Source: Octopus bimaculoides
Lineage: Eukaryota
Length of the DNA: 61,841 nucleotides
Assembly (NCBI RefSeq): GCF_001194135.2
Contig: NC_068983.1
Span: 75,707,952-75,769,792 of the forward strand
Direction: 5' to 3'
The translations under genes were made by a program, and so were the position numbers. Below the pieces are notes generated by a model. The model had not been told where the DNA came from. It did not search any database and worked only from the letters and a program-made list of their open reading frames with translations. Below, piece by piece: positions 1 through 61,526 of the stretch (the stretch's first letter is position 1; each line of letters begins with the position of its first letter).

Positions 1-30
<30 letters not shown>

Positions 31-35
<5 letters not shown>

Positions 36-425
36 GCAATGTGTAAATTGTCACCATTTTATATTTGTAATTTCGCGCATGTGCATTGTTTGTTTTTGAT
101 TTTGTTGACTACACAGTATAGTTGTGTTAGTTGGGCATCATCTGTGAGAAAAATAGCACTATGACATAATTCACTCTGCCAGAAATTTGGAAACGACATG
201 CTGTACTGCTTGGCATTCACACCAGAAGCTCCAATACGAACAGATGGTGAACACACAGAACAACTGTTGGCTTACTGTGTCCCCAAAACATGTACCGAGA
301 GTGATAAAAATCAAACATCCAGTAAACATCATGGTGTTTGGAGTGACCACTGCTGATGGCAAAGTTATGCTTCATTCATCTTTACACATGGCCTCAAAAT
401 CAACATGAAAGCCTATAAAGTAGTG
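31..425 (+). mobile_element. Internally deleted Tc1/mariner-superfamily (maT/DD37D-like) transposon remnant
   Basis: Degenerate translation QMVNTQNNCWLTVSPKHVPRVIKIKHPVNIMVFGVTTADGKVM resembles the maT catalytic region; begins after a (TA)n run with AGGGTG. Confidence 0.6.
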
Positions 426-1351
426 GTGATCCCAAAACGAAGGTGCGCGTGCGTGTGTATAAGAGAGTATGTATGTGTGTGTAGAAGAGGGCTGGTGACC
501 TTGAAGTGTGCATGTATGTGTGTGTAGGTGTGTGGATGTGGGGCTGAGAAGTGGTCAGTGCTAGTGTGTGCATGGTGGTGTGATATAGTGTTGTGTGGTA
601 TGGTGGTGTGTGGTGTGGTGTGATGGTGTTGGGAGGTGAGGGAGGCAAGAGTGGGGAAAGCAAGGATGGGGTGTGGGTTAGGCTAAGGGTGGGAATGTGG
701 GAGTGGGTGTAAGAGATGGGATGGATAGGGAAGGTGGGGTGGGGTTACAAGGAAGGGGTGCTGATGAAGGGGGAAGGGAGAAGGTGGGTAGGAGTGAAGA
801 GAAGGAGTAGGAGTCAGAGCAAGAGAGGAGAGGTGGGTGGGAGGAAGTAGGTGTGAGGGGGAGGAGGTTAGATGAAGAGGGGAGGAGAGTTGAGCCCATG
901 TGGAGCAAAGGAGCAGAGAAGATTAGGCTATAAATTCCATTACTGAAGCAGCAGACAAGGTCACTTGGAGGCTTTGGATAAAGAAGGCCCCTTCAAGTCA
1001 TGACCATCCCATTTTTATCTTTGTATCAGAGACTCCATTGCATTGTCTAATGTATCTGGCATTATTTGAGATGGTAAAATTTGATCTGATTGTTTACACT
1101 TGGAAGATTTTTTAATGTCAATGAGTTGGCTTCCTTCCCTCACTTTTTATCTGGTTACCTATCTTTATGTGTGTCTTCCTTTTTACTCTTTCTAAACATT
1201 CCATTGTTCCAGAGGGAGAGAGAGAGAGAACGTGGTAGAAAGAGTAAAAAGGAGAGAGAGAGAGAGATAGAAAGAGGTGACTGTTTGTCTTGTAGTTATT
1301 GAATACAACACACACACGTAAATACAGACATTTATGAGTGCATGCGTAATT

Positions 1352-1393
<42 letters not shown>

Positions 1394-1622
1394 GTATGTC
1401 CATATATATATCTAAGTAGATACTTATTAAAAAAGAAAAAAAAGAACTGGGAAAACCATAACTTAAGGGAAAGTACTTAATAATTGTGTGGTAGAGTGGA
1501 GATATTTGTTCATTTGGATGATGATGACACTTAGAGGACTAATTGCATTTCCGTTGAATTTCATCATCATCATCAGGGCACTGATAATTTTGAAATTCAA
1601 AAGACACACGTGTGTATGTGTG

Positions 1623-1659
<37 letters not shown>

Positions 1660-1664
1660 CGTTG

Positions 1665-1838
1665 ACTGCAGAAGCATATATTATACACAAATGTGTCTTG
1701 TTGCACCTGCATCTTTATCATCTTGTATCATTGTGCTGTATGTTTATGCATGTTATATGTATTGAAATGCATTTGTGAGCTTCTGCTGCATCTCAGGTGC
1801 AGCAAGACACATTTGTGTATAATAAATGCTTCTACGGT
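1665..1838. repeat. Fold-back/MITE-like element with ~45 bp imperfect inverted arms
   Basis: actgcagaagcatatattatacacaaatgtgtcttgttgcacctg versus the reverse complement of caggtgcagcaagacacatttgtgtataataaatgcttctacggt. Confidence 0.75.
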
Positions 1839-2419
1839 GAAAAGATTGTTGATATCAAACAATTTAGTGGAGATAATTGAAGCCAGCTATAACAAGCATT
1901 ATGTGTCCGTTTCTCATTGGATGAATAGTCATTGTTTGGTTTCTTTTGTTGTACATGTCAGTTTGTTGTTATTTACGTTACATTGTAACTATGATAATAG
2001 CACTAGCAACGATAAAATCATAATGGTTCATACAATGATAACAATACAGTTTAATTTCGAAGATTATGTTATGTTGTATCAGAAGAGAATCAGTATTCTT
2101 TAAAAATAATAAAAATAATAATAATGTATAAACCTGAAAAATGCATTACAGAATAACAACATGAATGGCATCTGTGTTTTCTCATGATAATGTTTTATCA
2201 ATCATACCAATGACATTATTGTTAATGTTTTTGCCAGTTTGGTTCTATAATCATTATAATAACAAGAGCACTCAGAGAGTGCAGACTTCTGCCAAGGCAA
2301 CACTACTGTCCTCTCAATGATTAGCCAGAGATGATTTTTAAAATGAGAATATCTGAAATAAACTTGACTGCTCTCACAAATGAGAATACTAGAAATGAAC
2401 CCGACTGCTCTCAAAAATT

Positions 2420-2874
2420 AAGTTAAATAAACAGAGAAATAATCCAGAATCCTTGCCCAGTACCTGATCGATCCCAATGGGTCTCATGGAATGTGAAGGT
2501 GGCTGTAGAAAATATAGTAACAGTAATAAATAGTTTATCCTAATCTAATACAAGCCAAAGTTAACAAATTCACCATTCAAAATAGTTGCAGCCCAAAGGG
2601 AGATAATTGAGAAAGACTTGAAAGTTATTGTAAGATTGTAATCATGTAAAGTAAAGTAAATATAACAAATAATCCAGAATCCTTGTCCGGTACCAGATTG
2701 ATCCCCAAATCTAATCAGTTCATGCCAGTCACGCGGCCAAACATCCCTGAAAGTTTCATCTGAATCCATCCTGCCATTCTTGAGATATCTTGTCCATGGA
2801 CAAATAAACAAACAAACATGACTGGAAACAATATCTCCACCTTCACTAAGGCAGAGGTTGCAATAATAATAATA
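2420..2874 (-). mobile_element. Non-autonomous Helentron/DINE-1-like (HINE) repeat, partly duplicated
   Basis: Minus strand reads acctctgccttagtgaaggtggagatattgtttcc then a (GTTT)n microsatellite then caagatatctcaagaa...gaaacttt, the usual architecture of such elements; aatccagaatccttg occurs twice. Confidence 0.4.
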
Positions 2875-3785
2875 GCCCAACATGTGTATGTAAACAACAA
2901 AATGAAACCATCGATCATATTGTCTCCATGTGTAGTCTTTTTGTGCCTACAGAGTATCTCAACAGGTATGATAGAGCAGCACAGTATATTCAGTGGGCAA
3001 TTTGAAAAGACTTGGACTTGACCCATGATAAAAACTGATGGGAACACAAATCACTGCCAGTGATTGAAAATGACCATATCTCATTCCTTTGGAACTTCAC
3101 CATTCAAACCGACAGACAGACAGATACAAATAGCCCAAACATTATATTGAAGGATTTCAGACAAAAATCATGCCTCCTCATCGATATGATTGTCCCGATC
3201 AACATAAATGTAATTGTCAAGACCTACCAAAAACTGAGCGAGTATAAAGCTCTTGAAATAGAAATTGGCAAAATGTGGAACCTCAAGACTAAAACAATAT
3301 CTGTTGTCATAGGTGCCCTAGGAATGATAGCAAAAGGGGCAGATTGCTACCTAGCTCAGATATCAGGAAATTCAAAAATGGAAGAAATTAAAAAAAATAG
3401 TGCTCATGAGAACTGTCTATATCCTACATAAAATATTGTCTATGTAATCCCCAAAATATTTCAATCCATTAACAATATCAAAATACTTTTAAAAGTAAAT
3501 AACAGCAAACACCTTTTACTGTCATCTTATCATCAGACTATCATCTTATAATCAAATTACTTTTAGAACAAATTTAGGTTTTGACAGACATTCTCTAGAA
3601 CAATATTCTGTGCATAACCAAATATATGGCACCCAAGTCATAACACCAACTTGAACTTCTAACTTGTCTCTTGATGTCTCAGGGTGAGACTTGGAGTCCA
3701 CTTGTGCAAATACAAATCAAAAGCTAAACATATAATAATAATAATAATAATAATGATGATAATAATAATAATGATGATAATAATG

Positions 3786-3825
<40 letters not shown>
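2875..3825 (+). mobile_element. 3' end of an R4/NeSL-type non-LTR retrotransposon (CCHC knuckle + restriction-like endonuclease), degenerate, (ATA)n tail
   Basis: C-V-C-KQQNETIDHIVSMC knuckle, then ENDHISFLWNFTIQTDR...PNIILKD...CLLIDMIVP...KLSEYKALEIEIGKMWNLKTKTISVVIGALG; (AAT)n tail at ~3730-3825. Confidence 0.85.
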
Positions 3826-3827
<2 letters not shown>

Positions 3828-4569
3828 GTTTCAGATTTTGGCTCAAGGCCAGTAAGTTTGTGGAGAGGGAGTAAGTTGTTAACATCAGGTCAGTGCTCAG
3901 CTGGTACTTATTTTATTGACCCAGAAAGGACAAAAGGTAAAGTTGGCCTCGGCGGAATTTGAGCTCAGAATGTAAAGTTCGATGAAATGCTGCTAAGCAT
4001 TTTGCCTGGTGTGTTTACTTTTTTGTATTGGAATTGGTTAGTTGTCTCAATATTGCAATCATAGCAAAAAAAAAAAAAAAATGAATGTGAAGTTACATTC
4101 AAGGGTTTGAGGTTAGGATTGACAACGAGTTTTGCAAAGAATTTAATGCACATACAGGGTTGTCTTTTGATTCCTTTCTATGCATAATACTTTTCTGGAC
4201 CCTCTGAAATTTCCTTCTGCCCATTTTTTTTATTGCTGCCATTGATTTGGAGCTGTTCTAGAGAAATGCCGTATCAATTTCACTGGTCTGAGAATGCTTA
4301 AGAAGGCCACCACTACAGTCCGTTCCTCCAGACCAAACCAATATGAGTTCTTTCCAAAAAGAAACTGAATTCTTAAATCAGTTACCAACTAGCTGGTGCA
4401 GTTTGCTCATGACTGATGTGCTGTACATGAATAACCTTGACCTTCAGTCAGATATTAGGTCTTTTACACTGTTAGTCATTGATCTGCATGTATTAAAGTG
4501 AGCTTATGTTTAGTTCACATGGAATTTGTTCCAAGTTTAATGGTAAAGCATTTGAAAGAGTAATAATGT

Positions 4570-4990
4570 TTGTGTGAAATTCTTTCATACTGGGAAAAGT
4601 CTTTTATGAGGTGAAACTTTACTAATGTTGCAACAGGCCTGTGGGCAGAATTGTTTGGGCCATACACAATGTCTCAAGTGGTATCAGAATTTTAAATAGA
4701 GAAGAATGTCTGTCAAAGATGATCCCACATCTGGACAGCCTTCCACACCAGTGGATGATGATCACATTTTGATCTGTGGTAATTGTTGTCTGATTGAGTG
4801 TCAAGTTTCCAAAATGTGGGTACCTGTTAAAATGGTGTCACATAATTTTAAAAGGAAAATTGAAGATGCATCATGTTACAAAATCTGTACTACATCTGCT
4901 GGTAGATGAACAAAAAAGAGACCTGAGTCAGAGAGTCAGAAACAATTAGGAGCTGTTTGATCATTCAAACACTGATAGAAAAGCATTCAT
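4570..4990 (+). mobile_element. Mariner transposase N-terminal (HTH) remnant
   Basis: Degenerate frames CVKFF..GKS...MLQQA...KWYQNFK..RMSVKDDPTSGQPSTPVDDDHI resemble mariner DDxRSGRPST. Confidence 0.7.
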
Positions 4991-6395
4991 TGCATTAGAT
5001 TGGATCATCACCATAAACAAACAAACTATGTCTTTCACTCAAATATGAAAATAATGTTCATTGTCTTTTTTGATTGGAATGACATTATCATGAGTGTGTT
5101 CTATGTAGTCAGATGATCCGTGAAGAGTTTCACTTGGATGACTTGAGGTATATGAGAGAAGTAGTGCAAAGAGAGCTGAGACTTGGGCAAACAAAACTTA
5201 AAGGCTGCATCACAACACTCCGTCTCAATTGTCACTCCTTATCCATTACTTTTTGGCAAAACATAAAACAACTTTTGTCTCCCAGCCACTCTCTAGACAT
5301 TCAGCTCTTACATATTTATCTCTTTCTTACTAAGTATGCACCCAATCTCTACAGGTGAGGTGGATTGTAGTTGATTGATTCCAATACCAATATATCACTG
5401 GTACATATTTCATCATTCTTTGAACTCAGAACATAGATAAGAAATTTCTGTTTTAACCTTTCAGTATCGAACCTGCAAAGGACACCCAGGCCAATCGTCT
5501 TTGCATCACAACCTGTCGTCTTTAAAAAAGCAGTGAATGTATTGGACAGTTAGCTATTCAATACTCTTAAAATACCAGCTGAAATGACCTTGGCCATAGG
5601 TTTGCTCAGTCAGGGTTAATCTGTAGCTAAATGACAACAATAAACTCTCTGTCAATTTTCTTCTAGTTTTATTTCAGTTCCAGGACTCTCTGGTATTGTG
5701 TCTCTGTTATCTTTCTCTTTCTCTCTGTGTTACACTCAAAGACTTTCTTTTATTTATGTCATTCTTTATCCTGTTTTCCCAGTTACTTCCAGAAGTATTT
5801 CTCATTTTCTGTTTATGTATTGGTTACTGTTACTTTTTCCCCTGCTTCTCTCTTCCCATATTGTTTTGTAAAACATGTCTTTATTCTCTCTTCCTCTAAA
5901 AAGTTTATACCACCCCAAAAATTCATGTTATTTTTGATATCTTATACTTGTTTCAGCCTTTGAACTGTGGCTTTGCTGGGGCATTGCCTTGAAGGGTTTA
6001 GTTAAACAAATCAACCCCAGTACTAATTTTTAAGCTCCATCCTTATTCTACCACTTGCTTTTTTCTGAACTGCTAAGTTACAAGGACATAAACAAACCAA
6101 CACCAGTTGTCAAGAGATGGTGTGGGATACACACACACATGCATGCACACACACACACACACACACACACACCCGTTTCCTCTACCAAATCTACTGACAA
6201 GGCTTTGGTTAACCCATAGCTATAGTAAAAGACACTTGCCTAAGGTGCTATGCTGTAAAACTGGCCCCAAGACCACATGGTCGGGAAGCAAACTTCTTAC
6301 CACACATCTATGCATGTATTGTCTTATTATTCTGGTCAGTAAATTTGAAATCTGTTAAATTAGGATTCATTAAACAGGAGTTTACTATACTTATA

Positions 6396-6479
6396 CAAGG
6401 GGTTGGTGAGAAGTTCCTGGCTTTAAGGATATTGTGAAAGGCCAGGTTACAGGCCCAACCTTCCAAGTTCTTTCACAGG
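6396..6479. mobile_element. Mariner-type MITE end, cut by N gap
   Basis: TA|CAAGGGGTTGGTGAGAAGTTCCTGGCTTT; same terminus as copies at 7324 and 60199. Confidence 0.7.
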
Positions 6480-7323
6480 NNNNNNNNNNNNNNNNNNNNN
6501 NNNNNNNNNNNNNNNNNNNNNNNNNNNNNNNNNNNNNNNNNNNNNNNNNNNNNNNNNNNNNNNNNNNNNNNNNNNNNNNNNNNNNNNNNNNNNNNNNNNN
6601 NNNNNNNNNNNNNNNNNNNNNNNNNNNNNNNNNNNNNNNNNNNNNNNNNNNNNNATATATATATAAATAATGTATGAGTATATGCATATATATGTACATG
6701 TATGTACATACCTTCATCTACATGTACATAGAGATACATATCTGGATACATGACCCAGATGTTGCAAAAAAACATGGACAAAATGATAAACAAGGTACAA
6801 AAAACATGCAGGCCACATAGAGAACATATCCTTCATCAGCTGCCACCATTAAAACACTGGCATTTCGAAGAGTTAGGGCAGGACGCATCGTTAAAATGGC
6901 TCTTCCCACGGACACAAATTAAATTTGTTCCATGAGGATAGTGGCCGATGGAAAACAAGACAGGAAAACGAAACGGTGAAATAAACAAACAGAAAAGGCT
7001 ATACAGCCAGACGTGGAGAAGTATGTGTATATTGAACACTGTGAAGCACAAACTGGAAAGGTGAAAATGTACGTGCGAAGCTTGGAGAGTCCAAGACCGA
7101 AAAGAATTAGCAGCTGGACACATGTGACCAGCGAGGAGTAGGGAGAAAGTGTGGTAGAGGGAGAAAAAGGGGAGGAAGTAGAATATAAGTGAGCAACGAA
7201 AAATAGAGAGAGAGAGATATAGTAGTGACGGGAAGAGGCGAAGAACAGTAGAAGGAAGAATGAGAGGGGGAGATAGATACAAAGATAGAAAGAGTCATAT
7301 ATACACACACATACACACACACA

Positions 7324-7539
7324 CGAGGAGTGCGGAAATATTCCTGGCTTTAAGGGTGTTGTGAAAGGCCTGATTGGAGACCCAACCATCTAAGGTCTTT
7401 TGCAGGACTTAGAAAAACTGAAGGACTGCTGCAATAAGTGTGTGAATCTGAGAGGGGAATATGTTGAATAATATTGTAATTAACTGACCCTCCAGTATTT
7501 TCTTTTACCCAAAGCCAGGAACTTTTCAGCATCCTCTTG
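7324..7539. mobile_element. Mariner-type MITE, ~215 bp, TIRs ~30 bp
   Basis: CGAGGAGTGCGGAAATATTCCTGGCTTT ... AAAGCCAGGAACTTTTCAGCATCCTCTTG|TA. Confidence 0.8.
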
Positions 7540-8399
7540 TATGGATTTGGCGTCAATGTTTTGAAAGATTAAATACAGCAAAGAGCATTAGCTGTAAAAA
7601 AAACAAAACAACCAATATCAAGTTAGGGGTCATATTTTTATACCCTGATGGCCTTCCTGTCACCAACCATTTCTTGTTTTACAAGTATCTACCAAAACCC
7701 ACTTACAAGGCTGTGGTTGGCTCAGAGCTTTTGTAGAAGACACATTTCTAAGTTGCTATTCCATGTTTGCTTGGGTCAGTTGGTGTTTATTACGGCAGAT
7801 TTTCTACAGCCAGCTGCTCCTTCTCTTGCCAACCCTCATCTGTTTCCAAGCAAGATAAATATTTCCCCATAACCAAACATGTTTTCATAGCATATTGGAA
7901 ATAACACTGTCACATCCACTCACAATCTTTGGTCAGTCTAGTAGAAGACAATTGCCCAGTGGAACTGGACCTGAAACCTCATGGTCAGCAAGCAAAGTTC
8001 TTAGCCACACAGTCTCTACTGCACCCTTTGTATGTGTGTGTGTGTGTGTGTGTGTGTATTTATATAAATATATAGACNNNNNNNNNNNNNNNNNNNNNNN
8101 NNNNNNNNNNNNNNNNNNNNNNNNNNNNNNNNNNNNNNNNNNNNNNNNNNNNNNNNNNNNNNNNNNNNNNNNNNNNNNNNNNNNNNNNNNNNNNNNNNNN
8201 NNNNNNNNNNNTATATATATATATATATATATGTATATCATCATCATCATCATATGTCTGTTTTCCATGCTGATATGGGTTGGATGGCTTGACACGAGAT
8301 GGCCAGCTGAAGAGCTACCCAGGCTCCATGTCTGTTTTGGCATGGTTTCTATGACTGGATGTCCTTCCTAACAACAACCACTTTATTGAGTGCACTGTG

Positions 8400-8790
8400 T
8401 GCTTTTACATGGCACTGGTATAGGTGCTTTTTACATGCCATTAGTACCCACAAGCCCGCAAGGTTAGAATTGCTCAGCCGAAGAGTGATGTAGGGGACAT
8501 GCTATATGCAAGGACAACCATGATTTGACTTAATCTGATGTGTCTTCTCAAGCACAGCAAACTGCCAGAAGTCTTGGTCTCTTGTCATCCCCCCCTGTGA
8601 GGCCCAACGTCTGAAGGTCCTTTCTCACCATTTTGTCCCATGTCTTCCTCGGTCTGCCTCTTCCACATGTCCCCTCCACAATTAGAGATTGATGCTTCTT
8701 GATGCAACTGTCCTCATCCATACACATTACATGACTGTACCAGTGCAGTCTTCTCTCTTGTGCACTACATCTGATGCCTTGTATATCCAG
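8400..8790 (-). mobile_element. RTE-clade LINE 3' end remnant
   Basis: IRCSAQERRLHWYSHVMCMDEDSCIKKHQSLIVEGTCGRGRPRKTW, the RTE ORF C-terminus (RLxWxGHV...GRPR). Confidence 0.85.
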
Positions 8791-9131
8791 TTCTAGCGTA
8801 AAACGAGCCAATGCTGAAACAATGTGATCAGCTCTTCAAATGCCTTGAAGTTTTTGCAATTTCACTGTGCACGTTGGAGTATGTTTGATTATGTTGTGGT
8901 AGCTCACGTTATTACAAAAGATAATTTTATAGGATTAAATTTGCTGACTGTGTTGGATGGAATGCCTTGTGCTATTTATTCTGAGTTCATATCCTGTTAA
9001 TATCAACTTTGTCTTTTAAAATTGATTAATCAAGTATCAGTACAATATTCAGGATAATTCTTTTCTCTCTCTCTCTCTCTCTCTCCCTCTCTCTCTCTCT
9101 CAGAGATGTTTCACAAGTTTAGACACTCAAA

Positions 9132-9352
9132 CCCTTTAGCATGTAAAGCAGCTAGATCTGGCTAAAATATTCCACCTGTATTATGGTCAAATTGAGTGGA
9201 TCTGACCTCTCACATCAACCTTACAGTATCATTCTAAAAATTAAGTGTTACCTCATCAAAATCTCAAAAGCTACAAGGTAATGCATAATTAATTCGAAAC
9301 CATGAGAATAAATACGCATTAGTTTTGTCAGAGAAATCTGAGTGTTAAAGGG
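9132..9352. mobile_element. piggyBac-like MITE (CCCTTTAGCA family), degenerate TSDs
   Basis: CCCTTTAGCAT ... GTGTTAAAGGG; internal similarity to copies at 13080, 34244 and 48606. Confidence 0.7.
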
Positions 9353-9504
9353 TTTTTAAAGAGTGTGTCGATTTGTTTTGGTGATTATTGTAGTAGTTTA
9401 GCCCCAGATCAGCCTCGACTGAGTAAACCTTTGATGAAAAGCATTCCAATCATGACCATCTGATCCTTATCTCAGGCATTGCATATCTGGGACTGCATTA
9501 TTCA

Positions 9505-9687
9505 ATATTCTGTTGTGTCTGGGGAGAGTCATTTTCTTATTGTGCCTTAAAATTTAACACACTCACCGGTAAAATTTCCACTTATTTCTAAAAATAAAAA
9601 TAAGAAATAAGTGGAAATTTTAACAGTGAGTGTGTTAAATTTTAAAGCACAATAAGAAAATGACTCTCCCCAGACACAACAGAATAT
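9505..9687. repeat. Near-perfect fold-back hairpin, 85 bp arms, 13 nt loop
   Basis: Arms 9505-9589 and 9603-9687 are reverse complements with 3 mismatches. Confidence 0.95.
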
Positions 9688-10675
9688 GCTTCAACACATG
9701 AAATCACATAAAAAATCTTGCAAACCAAATCCCAAAACGAAATTATTCAATATGTTCTTCCCTTTTTTAAAGATTAGTATAATTTGAGTGATATTTGGCA
9801 AGTTGCATAACGAGAGAAGTCACTTAGTTGGTGTTCCTGTTTTGGTGACTTAAATTGGTTGTTTACAAAAATCAATATCAGTTTCATTTTTCAGTCACTG
9901 TATTCAAGTTAGGTTTTAAATTAAATGTCTGAAACAGATGTTTTTAGTCATTACAAAACCTACTTGCTGATTAAACCAGTTTGTTATTTATAGCGGAATT
10001 GTCGAGGATGCAGTTTATCCCAGTAATTTTTATTTATGGATGTTCACTTACTTTCTTGTTAGTGTTACAGTGCACCACAAATCAGTACAAATGAGATGCA
10101 TGTGTATAGACTTGCACATACATAGTATAATATAAACTCATCATACGATATGCAGATGCACATTATACTTCCTTCTCCTTACATGTCAATCAGAAGAGAT
10201 AATACAGCTTTAGTGTCAAAGGCAGTACTGCTTTCAAATTAGAGAGAGAGAGCCTAATGCTTAATGTTGTGTTGCATGATTCTTAACAGTGGTGTGTTAA
10301 GAACCATGTCTGAATGGGTAGAACTTCTGGTGGTAAATCAATGTTGTGTAGTAATCTGCTTGTTTTTATATTCCTGTTATAGTTACCATTAATACATATG
10401 GTGTGACTTTTGCAGATAGTGTTGCCTTTGGGTCTTGGGTTGTAACCAGCTTGAACACTCCAGTACTTATTTTTTTTAAAGCCTGGTGCTTATTCTATTT
10501 GTTTCTTTTGCTCAACCACTTGTGATTTTTTTTGTTTTTTATGGAACCAATTATTCAATGCTACAACTAATATGAACCTCTGATTGTACCTAAATTTTGT
10601 TTTATAATTCCACCTGATTTGTTTTGATGATTTAAAAAAAAAAATTTATTTTCTTTGTTTTCTCTTGTTTTGAAG

Positions 10676-59646
<48,971 letters not shown>

Positions 59647-60198
59647 GTAAGTAACAGACTGCAAAGATATCTCCAAAACTCTGACTAACTTTCTCATCTG
59701 TATTCTTTGATTGTCTTTTACAGTGTTATTAGAAAAAATCAATCAATTTCTACAAAGAGGTTTCCTATTTCTATCTTCACTTGGTTAGCATTTTAGCTAT
59801 GTTTATCTGTTCTAACTTCAGTTAAAGAATGGAAGATGTCACATAGGAAGGAATTAATGGAGATTATAGCCAATTACCATCCCTGCATGGGTATGCATGT
59901 TAGCTATTGTTGCTGCTAAACCTCAGGTCAACACTGATCAAATGGTTGTGCCCATTCTACCTTTTTAGGGATAAGTAAGATTACATAGTCTGCTTTGCTG
60001 TTTTAATTTTTGAAGTAGCTTGCATGTGAATTGAGGAAAATTTGGCTGCTATTCCAAACAGTTTGAGTAACCATGTAAAGGTTCTCTTGCTAGTTTATAC
60101 ATATGTGATGTGTGTGATTGTGTGTGAGTGTGTATGTGCATGAAAGCACATTTCTGCTTGGAATGACTTCATTTTGTACATTTACTGGAATAGATGTA

Positions 60199-60377
60199 CA
60201 AAGGGTGTGCTGAAAAGCTCCTGGCTTTGAGTAAAATAAAATACAGGAGGATCAGTTAATTATGATTTCAGTCAACACATTCCCCTCTCAGATTCACACA
60301 CTTATTGCAGTGGTCCTTCAAATTTTCTAAACCCTGTAAAAGAACCCTTAAAGCCAGGAACTTTGCAGCTCCTTTTG
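60199..60377. mobile_element. Mariner-type MITE, same family as 7324-7539, opposite orientation, TA TSD
   Basis: TA|CAAAGGGTGTGCTGAAAAGCTCCTGGCTTT ... AAAGCCAGGAACTTTGCAGCTCCTTTTG|TA. Confidence 0.8.
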
Positions 60378-61492
60378 TATTGACTTTACATTTTCATTTT
60401 TCGTTCCTATCATTAGATTATCTTTGTACCTAACCAAAATAAGTCAATGTTTATATCATGGTTCAGGGATCATGATACATACTAACACATGTATATAGAG
60501 CCAAATAAAATACATTACATTATTTGGTTTCATCTCAAGGCTCTGTGTGCAAACCTTATGTGGGATTAGGTTTTCTTTTTATACCTCCTATACTGATAAA
60601 ATAATTTCTAGTTATACACGAGGATCTGATCTATTTGGCTATAGTTTCTCCCTTTGCTAATTTGCAGCCTTGTATCCTTGTTAAAAAAAACATTATTTTA
60701 TATCAGTAAGGCTGTGAGCAGGCAGAAGTGTGAGCACACTGGACAAAATTCCTTTTGAGTTCAAATTCCACTGAAGTCAACTTCATCTTCCATCTTTTCA
60801 GGCTTGGTAAAAAAAAAAGCACTAGTTGAGCACTGGGGTTGATGTAATTGACTAAGCCACTTCCTCTAAAATTGCTGGCCTTGTAACAAAATTTGAAACC
60901 TTTATTTTTTTGGTGCTTTCACTGCACAGAGAAGTGTAGTTCTGTGAGCAACTTTGATTCATACTCAGTTTTGGTATTGTGGTTTTCTAGTGTTTTGAAA
61001 GTTCTCTGTGTTAGATATGTGTATAATGCCTTGTGGTGCTAATTTATTTTTGTTTGAGTCATGATGTGTTGGTTATTTATTTTCTTGTCTCTATTTAATT
61101 TACTTTAATAAGATATCTATTACTATAGGAATAGTTCTGGTTTTTAGTTCTCAACACACTGGTTATCTCTATTTCCAGATCTTAATATTTAGTTTTGGAA
61201 AAAGGTAGTAAGGTGGCAGAATCATTGGCATTCTGGACAAAATGCTCAACAGAATTTTGTCTGTCTTTATGTTCTGAGTTCCAATTCCACTGAAATTGAT
61301 TTTGCTGTTCATTCTTTCAGGATTGATGTAATTGACCTACTCTCTGCCCTGAAATTTTAAATTGGTTATATTATCACGAATACTTTGGTACTTATTTTAT
61401 TAAACTTGCAAGGAAAAGTGTCAAGTTCACTGGGTATAAAGAGGAGTAAGCAGAAAGAGATGTTGCACTAGTTTTGCATACACCACCACTGT

Positions 61493-61526
<34 letters not shown>

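Noticed and set aside
1693-2103. 136 aa ORF
   Set aside because: It spans a fold-back repeat and AT-rich DNA; no recognisable domain or splice context.
6820-6845. Minus-strand CTGATGAAGG as a ribozyme core
   Set aside because: No downstream GAAA at a compatible position.
10008-10094. Short hydrophobic ORF MQFIPVIFIYGCSLTFLLVLQCTTNQYK* as candidate OS9 signal-peptide exon
   Set aside because: It ends in a stop, has no suitable phase-0 donor and lacks the LEEL...YGI-like motif expected in exon 1. Exon 1 is probably upstream of the window or in a gap.
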